Part shown: positions 30,231-40,096 of the stretch, piece by piece
How positions within the stretch are numbered: position 1 is the stretch's first letter
Layout: every line of letters begins with the position of its first letter
Assembly (NCBI GenBank): GCA_963709285.1
Contig: CAVPVR010000010.1
Location: 451,570 to 515,569 of the forward strand
Length of the DNA: 64,000 nt
Direction of reading: 5' to 3'
DNA from: an uncultured delta proteobacterium
GTDB taxonomy: Bacteria; Desulfobacterota; Desulfobaccia; Desulfobaccales; 0-14-0-80-60-11
The notes under the pieces: model-generated
The model's input: the letters and a program-made list of their open reading frames with translations, nothing else
Told to the model about the DNA's origin: nothing
Databases searched by the model: none
Translations under genes and position numbers: made by a program

Positions 30231-30941
30231 ATGAAGCTCATAGAATTAAAAGACATTTATAAGACCTATCACCTGGGCGAGATCGACGTGCCGGTGCTGA
30301 AAGGGCATCTCCCTCACCGTATCTCAGGGGGAGTTTGTGGCCCTGATGGGGACCTCGGGTTCGGGGAAGACCACCCTGATGAACATCCTGGGATGCCTGG
30401 ATCGCCCCTCTGCCGGTCAATATTGGCTGGAGGGGCAGGAGGTCTCCGAGTTGTCCCCCGATGACCAGGCCCTCCTGCGCAATCAAAAACTCGGTTTCGT
30501 GTTTCAGACCTTTAATCTGCTGCCCCGCACCAGCGCCCTGGAAAACGTCATCATGCCCCTGTCTTATAACGGCATCAATCTCTCGGACCAGGAGGCGCGC
30601 CAGCAGGCCGAAGAGTTGTTGCAACGGGTGGGACTGGGGGATCGTCTGGACCACGAACCCTCCCAACTCTCCGGCGGGCAGCAGCAGCGGGTGGCCATTG
30701 CCCGGGCCCTGGTCAACCATCCTTCCCTCCTGTTTGCCGATGAACCCACCGGCAACCTGGATTCCAAGACCAGCGAGGAGATGTCTGGGTCTCTTTAAAC
30801 GGCTCAACGAAGAAGGGCGTTACCATCCTGCTGGTCACTCACGATGAACAGGTGGCCCGCTTCGCCAAGCGGATCATCCGGATTCACGATGGGGTGATGC
30901 ACTCCGATGAAGTCCCTTCCGTCTCCGCGGGATCAGGCTGA
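30231..30941 (+). pseudogene. macB: MacB-type ABC transporter ATP-binding component; about 3 frame breaks
   Basis: Walker A GTSGSGKTT, signature LSGGQQQR, Walker B LLFADEPT and D-loop/H-loop TILLVTHD are recovered from three frames. The breaks lie near 30304, 30786 and 30816. Confidence 0.8.
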
Positions 30942-31010
30942 AGCAGTCCCCGGAGAACACAGGGCGAACCTACCCGGCGTCCGTTCTGGGCCTGGCCGCG
31001 GCTCCGCTGG

Positions 31011-32378
31011 ATGCTGCGCACCGCCTTGCACGGCCTGCGCCGCAACGTCATGCGGGCCTCGCTTACCACGCTGGGCATCATCATCGGGGTGGCCGCGGTC
31101 ATCGCCATGATGGAGATCGGTCGAGGCTCTTCCACTGCCATCCAGAATACCATCGCCAGTATGGGGGCCAATAACCTGATCGTCAGGGCCGGCACCGCCT
31201 CCAGCGGCGGCGTCAGCTTCGGCGCGGGCAGCATCAAGACCCTTACCCCCCAGGATGCTGAGGCCATCATGAGGGAATGCCCGGCGGTAAAGGCTGTGGC
31301 TCCCGTGGTGCGAGCCCGCACCCAGGTCATTTATGGGAATCGCAACTGGGTGCCCGTTTATATGTACGGGACCACCCCCGCCTATCTGGAGGTCCGGGAA
31401 TGGCCCCTGGCCGAAGGGGATATGTTCACTGAGCAGGATGTCCGCAATGCCAGCAAGGTGTGTCGTTTTGGGCCAGAGTCTGGTGCGGGAGCTTTTCCAG
31501 GGAGAGTCCCCCCTCGGCAAGGAAGTGCGGGTGCAACAACGTTGCCTTCAAAGTCATCGGCGTCCTCACCAATAAAGGAGCCAATATGATGGGCATCGAT
31601 CAGGACGACATCCTGTTGGCGCCCTGGACCACCATCAAGTACCGGGTCGTCGGCTCCTCTCTTGAAAGTGCCAACCAGAGCAGCCAAACCACTTCCGGGT
31701 CCGATACCTCTCAGACAGGTCAACACCTTAAGTCAGCTGTATCCCAACAAGAAAAATAAGCTCTATCCGGAACAATCCCCGACTCAGGCGGCAAACACTC
31801 CCCTGCCGGTGCGGTTCGCCAATGTGAATGAGATCCTTACTGCGGCTCGGTCTGCCGAGGAGGTTCCGGCGGCCATCCGGCAGATTACCCAGCTGTTGCG
31901 GGAGCGGCACCGAATCCGGCCTGGCGAACCGGATGACTTTTACATCCGCAACTTGACCGAGATGACCAAGGCTCTGTCTTCCACCGCCACCATGATGACC
32001 CAACTGCTTTTGGCCGTGGCCCTGATCTCTCTGGTGGTGGGGGGTGTCGGCATCATGAACATCATGCTGGTGTCGGTGACGGAGCGCACCCGGGAGATCG
32101 GCCTGCGCATGGCCGTGGGGGCCTCGAGCCGGGATATCCTCCAGCAATTCCTGGTGGAAGCTGTGCTGTTGTGCTTCTGCGGCGGGCTCGTCGGCATCCT
32201 GGTGGGCCGGGGCGTTTCCTTCTTGATCACGGCAATGCTCAAGTGGCCCACCGAAATGTCCCTGGACGCCATCCTGGCGGCCTTTGCCGTGTCGGTGACC
32301 GTGGGCATCATTTTCGGTTACTACCCGGCCTGGAAGGCCTCCCGGCTGGACCCCATCATCGCCTTGCGTTATGAATAG
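31011..32378 (+). pseudogene. MacB/FtsX-family ABC transporter permease; about 3 frame breaks
   Basis: N-terminal LRSLTTLGIIIGVAAVI-type TM1, a periplasmic domain and a C-terminal FtsX domain (GIMNIMLVSVTERTREIGLRMAVGA...YPAWKASRLDPIIALRYE). The breaks lie near 31463, 31534 and 31715. Confidence 0.8.
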
Positions 32379-32399
32379 GGTCGAGGGGATGGTTGCAGC

Positions 32400-33954
32400 A
32401 TGCTTGACTTTGGTCTTACCCACAGAAAAAACCAAAATGCTCAGGTGATTGGGGAAAAGAGACTATCCATGTGGCGGTCAACGGGCGGCAAGCCAAGCTG
32501 CAGCATAGTAAGGTTTATCTTCTGGCTGGCAACTCTTGGTCTCGTAAGCACGGTCGGTTGCGCGGTGGGCCCCAACTTTAGACCCCCGGAGACCAAGGTG
32601 CCCGAGGCCTATTACAGTCTGGACCATACCAACCAGGCCCAAGCCAGCCAGACCATTCCCCAGCCAGTGGCCCTGGTGGAATGGTGGCAGTCCTTTCAGG
32701 ACCCCATCCTGGATTCCCTGGTGCAATTGGCCCTGGCCTCCAATTTGGATCTCCAGCAGGCCGAAGCCCGGGTTCGCCAGGCCCGGGCTACCCGGGGAGT
32801 GGCGGCCGCAGGACTGTGGCCCCAACTCAATGCCTCGGCCCTTTACCAGCGGAGCAAGAGTTCCAGCACCACTGTGACCCCTGGAGGCGGGACCTCCATT
32901 TCCACCTTGGGTCCATTCCGGGAATTATTCCAGGTAGGTCTGGATGCCTCATGGGAAATGGACATTTTTGGGGGGACCCGGCGCACCGTTGAGGCCGCCA
33001 CTGCCGACCTCCAGGCCTCAAGGGAAGACCGCCGGGCCGTTCTCATCACCCTGGTGGGCGAGGTGGGCACCAACTACCTCAACCTCAGGGGTTTCCAACA
33101 CCAAGTGGTCATCGCCAAGAAGAACCTGGCGGCCCAGCAAAAAACTGCCGAGATTACCCACAAACGATTTGATGCCGGCTTTATAAGCCGCCTGGATGTG
33201 GCCAATGCAGATGCCCAGGTGGCCACCACCGCAGCCCAGGTCCCGGTGTTGGAGTCCTCGGCCCAGGCGGCCATCTATAGCCTGGGGGTGCTCCTCGGCA
33301 AAGAGCCAGCGTTTTTGGCCAAAGAGCTGGCCACCGTCACCCCCATCCCCACCACACCCCCGGAAGTGCCGGTGGGCTTGCCCTCGGATCTCCTGAGAAG
33401 GCGCCCCGACATCCGCCGGGCCGAAGCCCAGCTTCATGCCGCCACCGCCCGCATCGGGGTGGCCGTCGCCGACCTCTTTCCCAGGTTCAACCTTATCGGC
33501 AGCCTGGGCTTTGCCGCCAACGACATTGCCCGTGTAGGAACCCAGAGCAGCAGATTCTGGTCCTTTTGCTCCCAGTGTCACCTGGCCTATCTTCGCCGGC
33601 GGGAAGATCCGGTGGAATATCAAGGTTCAGAACGCCCTTGAGGAACAGGCCTTGCTGGCCTACCAGCAGACGGTGCTCAGCGCCCTGAAGGACGTGGAAA
33701 CTGCGCTGGTGGCCTATGCCAAGGAGCAGGAGCACCAGAAATCCCTGACCATAGCCGTGGCCAACAACCGCCAGGCCGTGGACCTGGCCATGAAGCTTTA
33801 TGTGGCCGGCAAGACCGACTTTTTAAACGTGCTGAATGCCCAGCGCGACCTGTTCCTCACCGAAGATGCCCTAACCCAGAGCACCCGCACCCTGGCCACT
33901 AATCTTATCGCCCTTTATAAAGCCCTGGGGGGTGGTTGGGAAAAAGAAACTTAG
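32400..33954 (+). pseudogene. NodT/TolC-family outer-membrane efflux lipoprotein; one frame break
   Basis: Signal peptide with VSTVGC and two OEP repeats. The frame changes at the T4 run near 33565 (SRFWSF / PSVTWPIFAGGKIRWN). The start is probably the ATG at 32469. Confidence 0.8.
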
Positions 33955-34191
33955 GTATTATTCCTGATCCCGATGCTCCGTTAAAATCTCGGGACAGAAA
34001 ACTCTTTTCATGGTCATCTGGAGTCTTTCAATAGGGTAAAACTTTGGTGGCACAGTCGTCTCACCTGTGCTGGCGCAGGCTAAAGCCTGCGGCTACGTTT
34101 TACCTGGGCCAGATTTACTTTTATTGGCAAAACCTTGGCGGACACTTTCAGAAAGGTTCCCGGTAGGATATTTATTTGAGATAATATTATT

Positions 34192-34680
34192 ATGCTTAGT
34201 GAAGCTCTGGAAAAATCCATCCTGGTTTTCGGCTGTGGCAACATCCTCTTCGGGGATGACGGTTTCGGACCGGCGGTGGTCCAACACTTCAAGGAGAATT
34301 ACCCAGTGCCCGACCATGTTCTGGTGCAGGACGTGGGCACCGGCATTCGGGAGATTCTCTTCGATCTTGCTCTAAGTGAGAAAAAGCCCCAGAAGCTCAT
34401 CATCGTGGACGCGGTGGACTACCCGGAACACACCCCCGGGGAGGTCTTCGAGATTTCCGTGGACGGCATCCCCGCCAAGAAAACCTCGGACTTTTCCCTG
34501 CATCAATTCCCCACCGTTAATATCTTAAAGGAGCTCCAGGAAGAAACCGACATCACCATCCACATCATGGTGGCCCAGGTGGCCTATCTCCCCGAGCAAG
34601 TCCAGCCCGGTCTTTCGGAGGCGGTGGCCCGGGCCCTGCCCGAAGCCTGCCGCCGTCTTCTCGCCCTGATCTCCACCTGA
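34192..34680 (+). CDS. [NiFe]-hydrogenase maturation endopeptidase (FrhD/HycI/HyaD family)
   Basis: 162 aa. Has ILVFGCGNILFGDDGFGPAV, IIVDAVD and LHQF motifs. Confidence 0.85.
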   Translation: MLSEALEKSILVFGCGNILFGDDGFGPAVVQHFKENYPVPDHVLVQDVGTGIREILFDLALSEKKPQKLIIVDAVDYPEHTPGEVFEISVDGIPAKKTSDFSLHQFPTVNILKELQEETDITIHIMVAQVAYLPEQVQPGLSEAVARALPEACRRLLALIST

Positions 34681-34746
34681 AGAAAAAGGGCTCCCGGGAG
34701 CAAGCCCCCTGCCTTTCCCAATTACGGATTCATACCAAGATGCAAT

Positions 34747-35361
34747 CTAACAAGTAATATTAAGGTAGGGGAAGTTTGTCATCGAACGAAGTTTTTTCGG
34801 GTCTTTGGCAAGATTGTTCAGACCCTGACAGAGGTTGTCCTCTACCTCATCAAGATCCCTTAACGCCTTGTTGGCAAAATTCTTCTCCCGTAACTCCTCC
34901 CAAATATGTTCGGAAGGATTCAACTCTGGGCTGCGCGGAGGCAACTTGATCAGCCTAATATTTTCGGGTACCTCCAATCTCCGGGAGATATGCCACCCGG
35001 CCTGATCTACCAGCATGAGGATAAAATAATCCGGAAAATCCTCCGCCACCTGCCTCAAGAAGATATTCATCATCTCCGTATTGGCCCAAGGCAAGATGAG
35101 GGAGGTCATTCTCCCCAATGCCGGGCACACCGCTGTGAAGACATAGAGATAAGTTCTAATAACCTGCCGGGGCGCTTGCGGCCTCGTCCCCAGAGGCGAC
35201 CAGGCGCGCCTGACATCACTGATGCGGCCAAAGCGTCCCTCGTCTTGAGCAAAGAGTAACACCGGACGATGATCTTCCGGGGCTCTGTCGGCCAGTTTTT
35301 CAGCCATTATTTCGGGAAGTTTTTTTAAAAGCCTCCTGCTCCTCTTTATCGGCATCGACAT
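34747..35361 (-). CDS. IS630 transposase, DDE (DDE_3) catalytic part
   Basis: 204 aa. LLFAQDEGRFG, LVDQAGWH and LPPRSPELNPSEHIWEELR (D, D, 35-E spacing). Confidence 0.85.
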   Translation of the reverse strand: MSMPIKRSRRLLKKLPEIMAEKLADRAPEDHRPVLLFAQDEGRFGRISDVRRAWSPLGTRPQAPRQVIRTYLYVFTAVCPALGRMTSLILPWANTEMMNIFLRQVAEDFPDYFILMLVDQAGWHISRRLEVPENIRLIKLPPRSPELNPSEHIWEELREKNFANKALRDLDEVEDNLCQGLNNLAKDPKKLRSMTNFPYLNITC

Positions 35362-35806
35362 GGAACGGCCGGGGCACCACTTTCCGCCAACCCTGCCGTT
35401 TAAGTAACCGATAGACGGTGGTCTTGTGGACTGTTCGACCGATCCGTCTTTCCAAAGCCTCCTTGATTTCTGCTACGGTAACAATCTGGCCGGTAAGCGC
35501 CATCTGCCTGAATGATTCTATAAAGGCAGTCTCTTCGTCCCAGCTTAAATAGGAGCGGCGCCGTCCACCCTTCCCGGGTCCCTCCACCGCTTCCGGCCCC
35601 CAGCGATTATATCTGGAAATCAGATTATGAACCGATTGCTCCGCAAGTCCGGTATGCAAAGCAATTTCCCCGGCAGAGCGAGGATCAACCAGGGCATTCC
35701 AAATAACCAGCCATTTTTGCACTCGCCAAAACCCCACCGTTGCTTTAATTTTTGCCTGAATTTCTTCCTTGGAAAGGTGGGGGATACTCTTGGTAACTTT
35801 TCCCAT
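35300..35806 (-). CDS. IS630 transposase, N-terminal HTH part
   Basis: 168 aa with winged-helix/HTH motifs. It overlaps the DDE ORF at an A7 run (35320-35326); removing one A fuses the two ORFs. Confidence 0.85.
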   Translation of the reverse strand: MGKVTKSIPHLSKEEIQAKIKATVGFWRVQKWLVIWNALVDPRSAGEIALHTGLAEQSVHNLISRYNRWGPEAVEGPGKGGRRRSYLSWDEETAFIESFRQMALTGQIVTVAEIKEALERRIGRTVHKTTVYRLLKRQGWRKVVPRPFHVDADKEEQEAFKKTSRNNG

Positions 35807-36464
35807 GACTGCCCCCTTGATAATTTTTGGAGCAGTCTATCATATTACTCATTAGAACGCAACTTAGTATCAGTCGCAGATGTAACGGAATTATGGTTTT
35901 CCTGAGACCCCATTCCGCCAGCCGTCGGGACTGAATTGCGGCCACGTGGTCGGCGCCGCTTGGGGGAAACTACGGGGTCCAAATAGACTGAAGCACCCCG
36001 CCCTGAAGCAGGCGGGCCAGGAAATCGGCCGGGGCCTGGGGCTGAAGATCAGGGCCAGATCAATTCCGGCCAGACGTTTCTCAAGAATTGAAGGGTGGGA
36101 CCCCTGCTCCTGAAAGAGCCCGGACCAAAAAGCCTCACTACTGACCCAGGCGGCCCCCCGGGGCAAGATCCCGGCCAGCAACCACCAGCGGACCGGGGTA
36201 CCCCACGCCGATGAACCTGGCCTCCGGGCAGGAACGGCTCACGCTAACTAGGACCGGGCTGACACGAACCAGGTCCCGCAGCGCCCCCTGATGCTAGACG
36301 AGGAGATTCTTTACCGTATTCGGGAGTGACACGGTAGAACCTTTGATTGAGCATAGGCCTAAGGCTTAAAGGTTTCTTCTTCTTGAGGCCGGGTAAGTGA
36401 AACGGCAATTAAATCGTAGATTTCCATTTAGAAGATACTAATGATCGGAGGGGATCGTTAAAAT

Positions 36465-38081
36465 TTACTTTGGAGGGTTACTCTCTAAATCCAGGCGAAC
36501 CATGACACGAAACCCGTTTTTTATCCCAATTGTACGATAATTTTTTTTCAGATATTGTTCTAATATCAGCTCTTTATCAGAAAGATGTTTGTAATTAGGA
36601 AAATAACTTTGTAAATTATCTCCTTCAATGACAGTATCCCACAGGATATATTTTACTTTTTTTTCTTCAAGATTAGATATAATTTCTTCAAACTGTTTTT
36701 TTGTATTAATATAATACATAAGGATACTGTGACGTGTTGGATTTTTTATATCAGCGAGAAAATAATACATGGGATAATAAGGATAGATAAAAACTTCTTC
36801 CTTCGGCTTGACCTGTTCTTGTAGAAAATTTAAGGCATCGTCAGGTTGGAAAGCATATAAGGTTCCCCGTCTAGTAACTAATTTATGTTGGGCTGCCAAT
36901 ATTCCGAAGCTTTGGGCCGTACCAAACATTAATAAGGTGAGGGCGACCAAACCGAGTCCCAGCTTAAGAACAATTTCCCGGTGGCGCCAGCAGGTGCTCC
37001 ACCCCACCAGGAGGAGTATTAGGAGCACTGGGGATCCATAAATTAAGTGCATTACATCTTTGCGATGTAATTCCGAAACCCATAGTGCCAAGCCAACAAT
37101 CCAGTAAGGCCACAAGTGTGCATTAAAAAGTTGGGGCCGGTAAGATGTCTTCAAATAGGAGGCCGCAGCCAGAATCAGGAGGACAACTGGCAGAACCAGA
37201 ATAATCAAGACAGGCCCCAATAATAGTGCTCCCAAGAAGGGCACTGCCCAGGGCGCCACCAAGACCTGAAGTAGAGATTTCCAACCTAACCAAAACTTCA
37301 TCAGACCATAACCATAAGGAACAACGTTGACATTGTGGTAGTTTGATAAAGGCCAGAGAAGATTGGCATAAATGAGGTCTGGAAGGCCTCCGGCCAGAAA
37401 GAACAGCAGGATAACAAGCCCACCCACCGCCACATATCCCCCCACCGCTAAGCTCAAGTGGAAAGCAAGACGCCTTTTCGGTATTCTGGCTTGCAGGTCG
37501 GTCACTAACAGAGCAAGGAGAAGCCCGAGGAACACTACTAACCCTTTATGCTGGATAAAGCAGGAAGTGACTCCGGCCAACGCTCCCGCCACAACTAAGT
37601 AATACCTTGTTCCCCTGTCCTGCCAGAAGAAAAAAGCGCCCAGGGCCAATAGGGCAAAGAGATTGCTGTCCCAATGGTGGTTGGTGGCCGGCCAGATGGG
37701 GATGCTTAGGACCATGTACATGAGGGCCGGCAACATTTCGAAAGGGCCTCGATAAACCCGACAAGTCATCCAATAGATGATGAGAATCGTGGCCACGCCT
37801 GTAAGTAAGACTAAGCCGCGGGCCACTGCCACATGAACCCCAAAAAGTTTGAAAAAAAGGCCCAGCCAGTAAAAGGAAGCCGGCCCCATAACCTCAAAGA
37901 AATCCCGATACGGCAAATCCCCCTCTACCACTCGCTGGGCGCCATAAACCAAGGTGCCCTCGTCCCCCAATCGCCATAAGACCCGGACAAAAAGGTAATA
38001 ATAGGTGGAAGTTACCAGGGCGAGCACAAGGACCCTGAAAGCTCTTGGCTTATGCTGATGGTAAAGCGGTAAGGTATTCAT
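36465..38081 (-). CDS. GT-C fold (ArnT/PMT-like, GT39/83-type) polytopic membrane glycosyltransferase
   Basis: 538 aa, at least 12 TM segments, a DEG motif in the first loop (RLGDEGTLVYG) and a soluble C-terminal domain. GC looks lower than in the flanks. Confidence 0.6.
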   Translation of the reverse strand: MNTLPLYHQHKPRAFRVLVLALVTSTYYYLFVRVLWRLGDEGTLVYGAQRVVEGDLPYRDFFEVMGPASFYWLGLFFKLFGVHVAVARGLVLLTGVATILIIYWMTCRVYRGPFEMLPALMYMVLSIPIWPATNHHWDSNLFALLALGAFFFWQDRGTRYYLVVAGALAGVTSCFIQHKGLVVFLGLLLALLVTDLQARIPKRRLAFHLSLAVGGYVAVGGLVILLFFLAGGLPDLIYANLLWPLSNYHNVNVVPYGYGLMKFWLGWKSLLQVLVAPWAVPFLGALLLGPVLIILVLPVVLLILAAASYLKTSYRPQLFNAHLWPYWIVGLALWVSELHRKDVMHLIYGSPVLLILLLVGWSTCWRHREIVLKLGLGLVALTLLMFGTAQSFGILAAQHKLVTRRGTLYAFQPDDALNFLQEQVKPKEEVFIYPYYPMYYFLADIKNPTRHSILMYYINTKKQFEEIISNLEEKKVKYILWDTVIEGDNLQSYFPNYKHLSDKELILEQYLKKNYRTIGIKNGFRVMVRLDLESNPPK

Positions 38082-38130
38082 CCCTTAGGATTACCCTCAA
38101 TGGGGAAAAATTTTACCAAGGGTCGGCGAC

Positions 38131-38952
38131 TTATTTGTGACCCCAGATCACCGTATTCCACGCCAAATAAGGAAACAAGGGCAGGCTTAAGAGAACTTTA
38201 TCAAGTCGGAGGAGAGGTTTGAACCACCAGCCGATTTTCTCGGAATCTTCTTTGAAAATCTTTTTCCAATACCGGTCGGCACTCGGATGAACCCGATCAA
38301 TGAAAAAATACTTACAGAACAAAAGTAGACTTGTGAGCCAAAATTCGCGGTGATAAACCTCAGAGAAAATCTTTTGGAACGTTTTTAGGTCCGAAAATCG
38401 AAGGGGGTGCTCGTCCTCTGTGCGCACTTTAGTGGCCAAGCACCTATATACCTTTATGGCCGGGTTGTAATCCAGGGGATCATAAAAAAAGAAACGCCCC
38501 CCGGGGACAAGGGCTTGGTGGATGGCTTGTAGAAATGCCTCGATATCCCCCAGGTGATGGAGGATGTTGGCACCATAAACTATGTCAAACCGATTTTTGC
38601 CGTAGTCAAAGCGGTCAGTCTGCCCTAGCAGGGTGTCAATGTCCACTTTGTGTTCCCTCGCCAAAGCCACACAACGTTCCAGCATAAGCGGGGACAGGTC
38701 ATTGGCCGTGACCTGGGCACCCTTCAGGGCGAAATATACCGAGGCCTCCCCTAACCCCGCTCCCACATCCAGAATCCTGAGGTCTCGCACATCCCCCATC
38801 AGGGAAAGGATGAATCGGTTCTCCTGGGCCGTAAGGTGTTCAAAAGTTTCGTAAACCTTGATTTCGGCCAGAGGCGTTTCCGCAGCCCAGGTGTCGTGAA
38901 AATCCCTCTCCCGTTCGCTACGGCTCCTGTTCAGGCCCATTATGTTCTCCAT
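38131..38952 (-). CDS. Class I SAM-dependent methyltransferase
   Basis: ILDVGAGLGEASVYFALKGAQVTANDLS (motif I plus the acidic loop). An internal ATG is chosen as the start; the ORF-track start is 38994. Confidence 0.8.
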   Translation of the reverse strand: MENIMGLNRSRSERERDFHDTWAAETPLAEIKVYETFEHLTAQENRFILSLMGDVRDLRILDVGAGLGEASVYFALKGAQVTANDLSPLMLERCVALAREHKVDIDTLLGQTDRFDYGKNRFDIVYGANILHHLGDIEAFLQAIHQALVPGGRFFFYDPLDYNPAIKVYRCLATKVRTEDEHPLRFSDLKTFQKIFSEVYHREFWLTSLLLFCKYFFIDRVHPSADRYWKKIFKEDSEKIGWWFKPLLRLDKVLLSLPLFPYLAWNTVIWGHK

Positions 38953-39913
38953 TAATACCACCCCCCCCTCTCCCGCAATACTCTCGTACAACAAAGATGG
39001 GCCTTCTTTTCACCTCGGTATAAATTCGTCCGGTATACTCCCCCAGGATCCCCAGCATGAGTAGAGTGAAGGTCCCGAAAAGGATAATGGCCAGAATCAA
39101 GGAAGACCATCCGGGCACCATGGCCACGCTAAAAAAAACATACAAAATGAAATTGTAAACCAAATAGAGGAGAAAAGGGATCATCAGGACCAAAGCAATC
39201 ATGTAGGCGGCCCTGAGGGGCATGAAGGAAAGGGAGATGATACCGTCCATGGCCAAGCGGACCATCTTCACCAGGGGATACTTGGTGGTGCCAGCCTGGC
39301 GGGGGGCCCGGTCGTACTCCACCATTCCCCTTTGGAAACCCAGCCACCCCACCAGTCCCCTGATATACCGGTGAGTTTCAGTGAATCGTTTAAAGGTTTC
39401 CACTGCCACTCTATCCATCAGGCGGAAGTCGCCGGAGCCTTCAGGAGCATCGGTTTCCGACAATTTGGACACCAGCCTGTAATAAACTTTGGCTGTCCAA
39501 AGCTTGAACTTGGTTTCTCCCGTCCGTTTTCGCCTCACTGCCAGAACTACTTGATTCCCCTTTTCCCACTCACTAACTAAGTCTGGTATGACTTCAGGTG
39601 GGTCTTGCAGATCAGAATCAATGGACACCAGGGCATCACCTGGTGCCAGCTCATAGCCACAAGATAGGGCGGCCTGATGACCAAAATTTCGAGACAAGCG
39701 TATACCACAAAATCGCCCGTCTTTCTCGCTGATGTCCTGTATCAATTTCCAGGAGTTGTCTCTGCTGCCGTCATCTATGAACATCACCCTAACATCATAT
39801 CGATCTTCTAATGTTTGCAATACTCCGCTCATTCTTTCAAAGAAAAGTGGTAATACCATTTCCTCATTGTAGACAGGTACAATCATCGTGACTAATTTTT
39901 TCTTATGCAGCAT
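38918..39913 (-). CDS. GT2 polyprenyl-phosphate glycosyltransferase (ArnC/GtrB/DPM1-like) with two C-terminal TM helices
   Basis: IVPVYNEE, FIDDGSRD, SIDSDLQDPP and C-terminal hydrophobic helices. Confidence 0.9.
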   Translation of the reverse strand: MLHKKKLVTMIVPVYNEEMVLPLFFERMSGVLQTLEDRYDVRVMFIDDGSRDNSWKLIQDISEKDGRFCGIRLSRNFGHQAALSCGYELAPGDALVSIDSDLQDPPEVIPDLVSEWEKGNQVVLAVRRKRTGETKFKLWTAKVYYRLVSKLSETDAPEGSGDFRLMDRVAVETFKRFTETHRYIRGLVGWLGFQRGMVEYDRAPRQAGTTKYPLVKMVRLAMDGIISLSFMPLRAAYMIALVLMIPFLLYLVYNFILYVFFSVAMVPGWSSLILAIILFGTFTLLMLGILGEYTGRIYTEVKRRPIFVVREYCGRGGGGINGEHNGPEQEP

Positions 39914-40096
39914 TCTTACACCTTTTATTTATCAATACGTATTTTTACTCTTTATAATTCGATTCAGATAAATAAAGGTTAAATAAAATTAAATGTCAAT
40001 TTCTTTGTGATGCAGTATAAACAGGAATGTTGACCAGTCCGCAGTTGACACTGTTGGATTGATTCCACCACTAAAGTCATACAGGATGGAATCTCA

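Larger units (their letters stand above)
34733..35869 (-). mobile_element. IS630-family insertion sequence
   Basis: Imperfect terminal inverted repeats (34735-34760 ccaagatgcaatctaacaagtaatat versus the reverse complement of 35842-35867). A TA dinucleotide abuts each end (34733-34734 and 35868-35869), consistent with IS630 TA target duplication. It encloses HTH and DDE ORFs. Confidence 0.7.

Noticed and set aside
30939-30941. The TGA between the macB ATPase and permease as a fourth selenocysteine
   Set aside because: It is in a linker with no conserved Cys, has no downstream hairpin at the 15-nt offset, and is not a known selenoprotein family.
35320-35326. Asserting programmed ribosomal frameshifting in the IS630 transposase
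   Set aside because: The required shift is +1, not the usual -1. The window contains many other one-base insertions, so an artefact or mutation is at least as likely. It is kept as an open finding only.
35891-36181. 96-aa minus-strand ORF next to IS630
   Set aside because: No start context or recognisable motif. It is treated as possible gene debris only.
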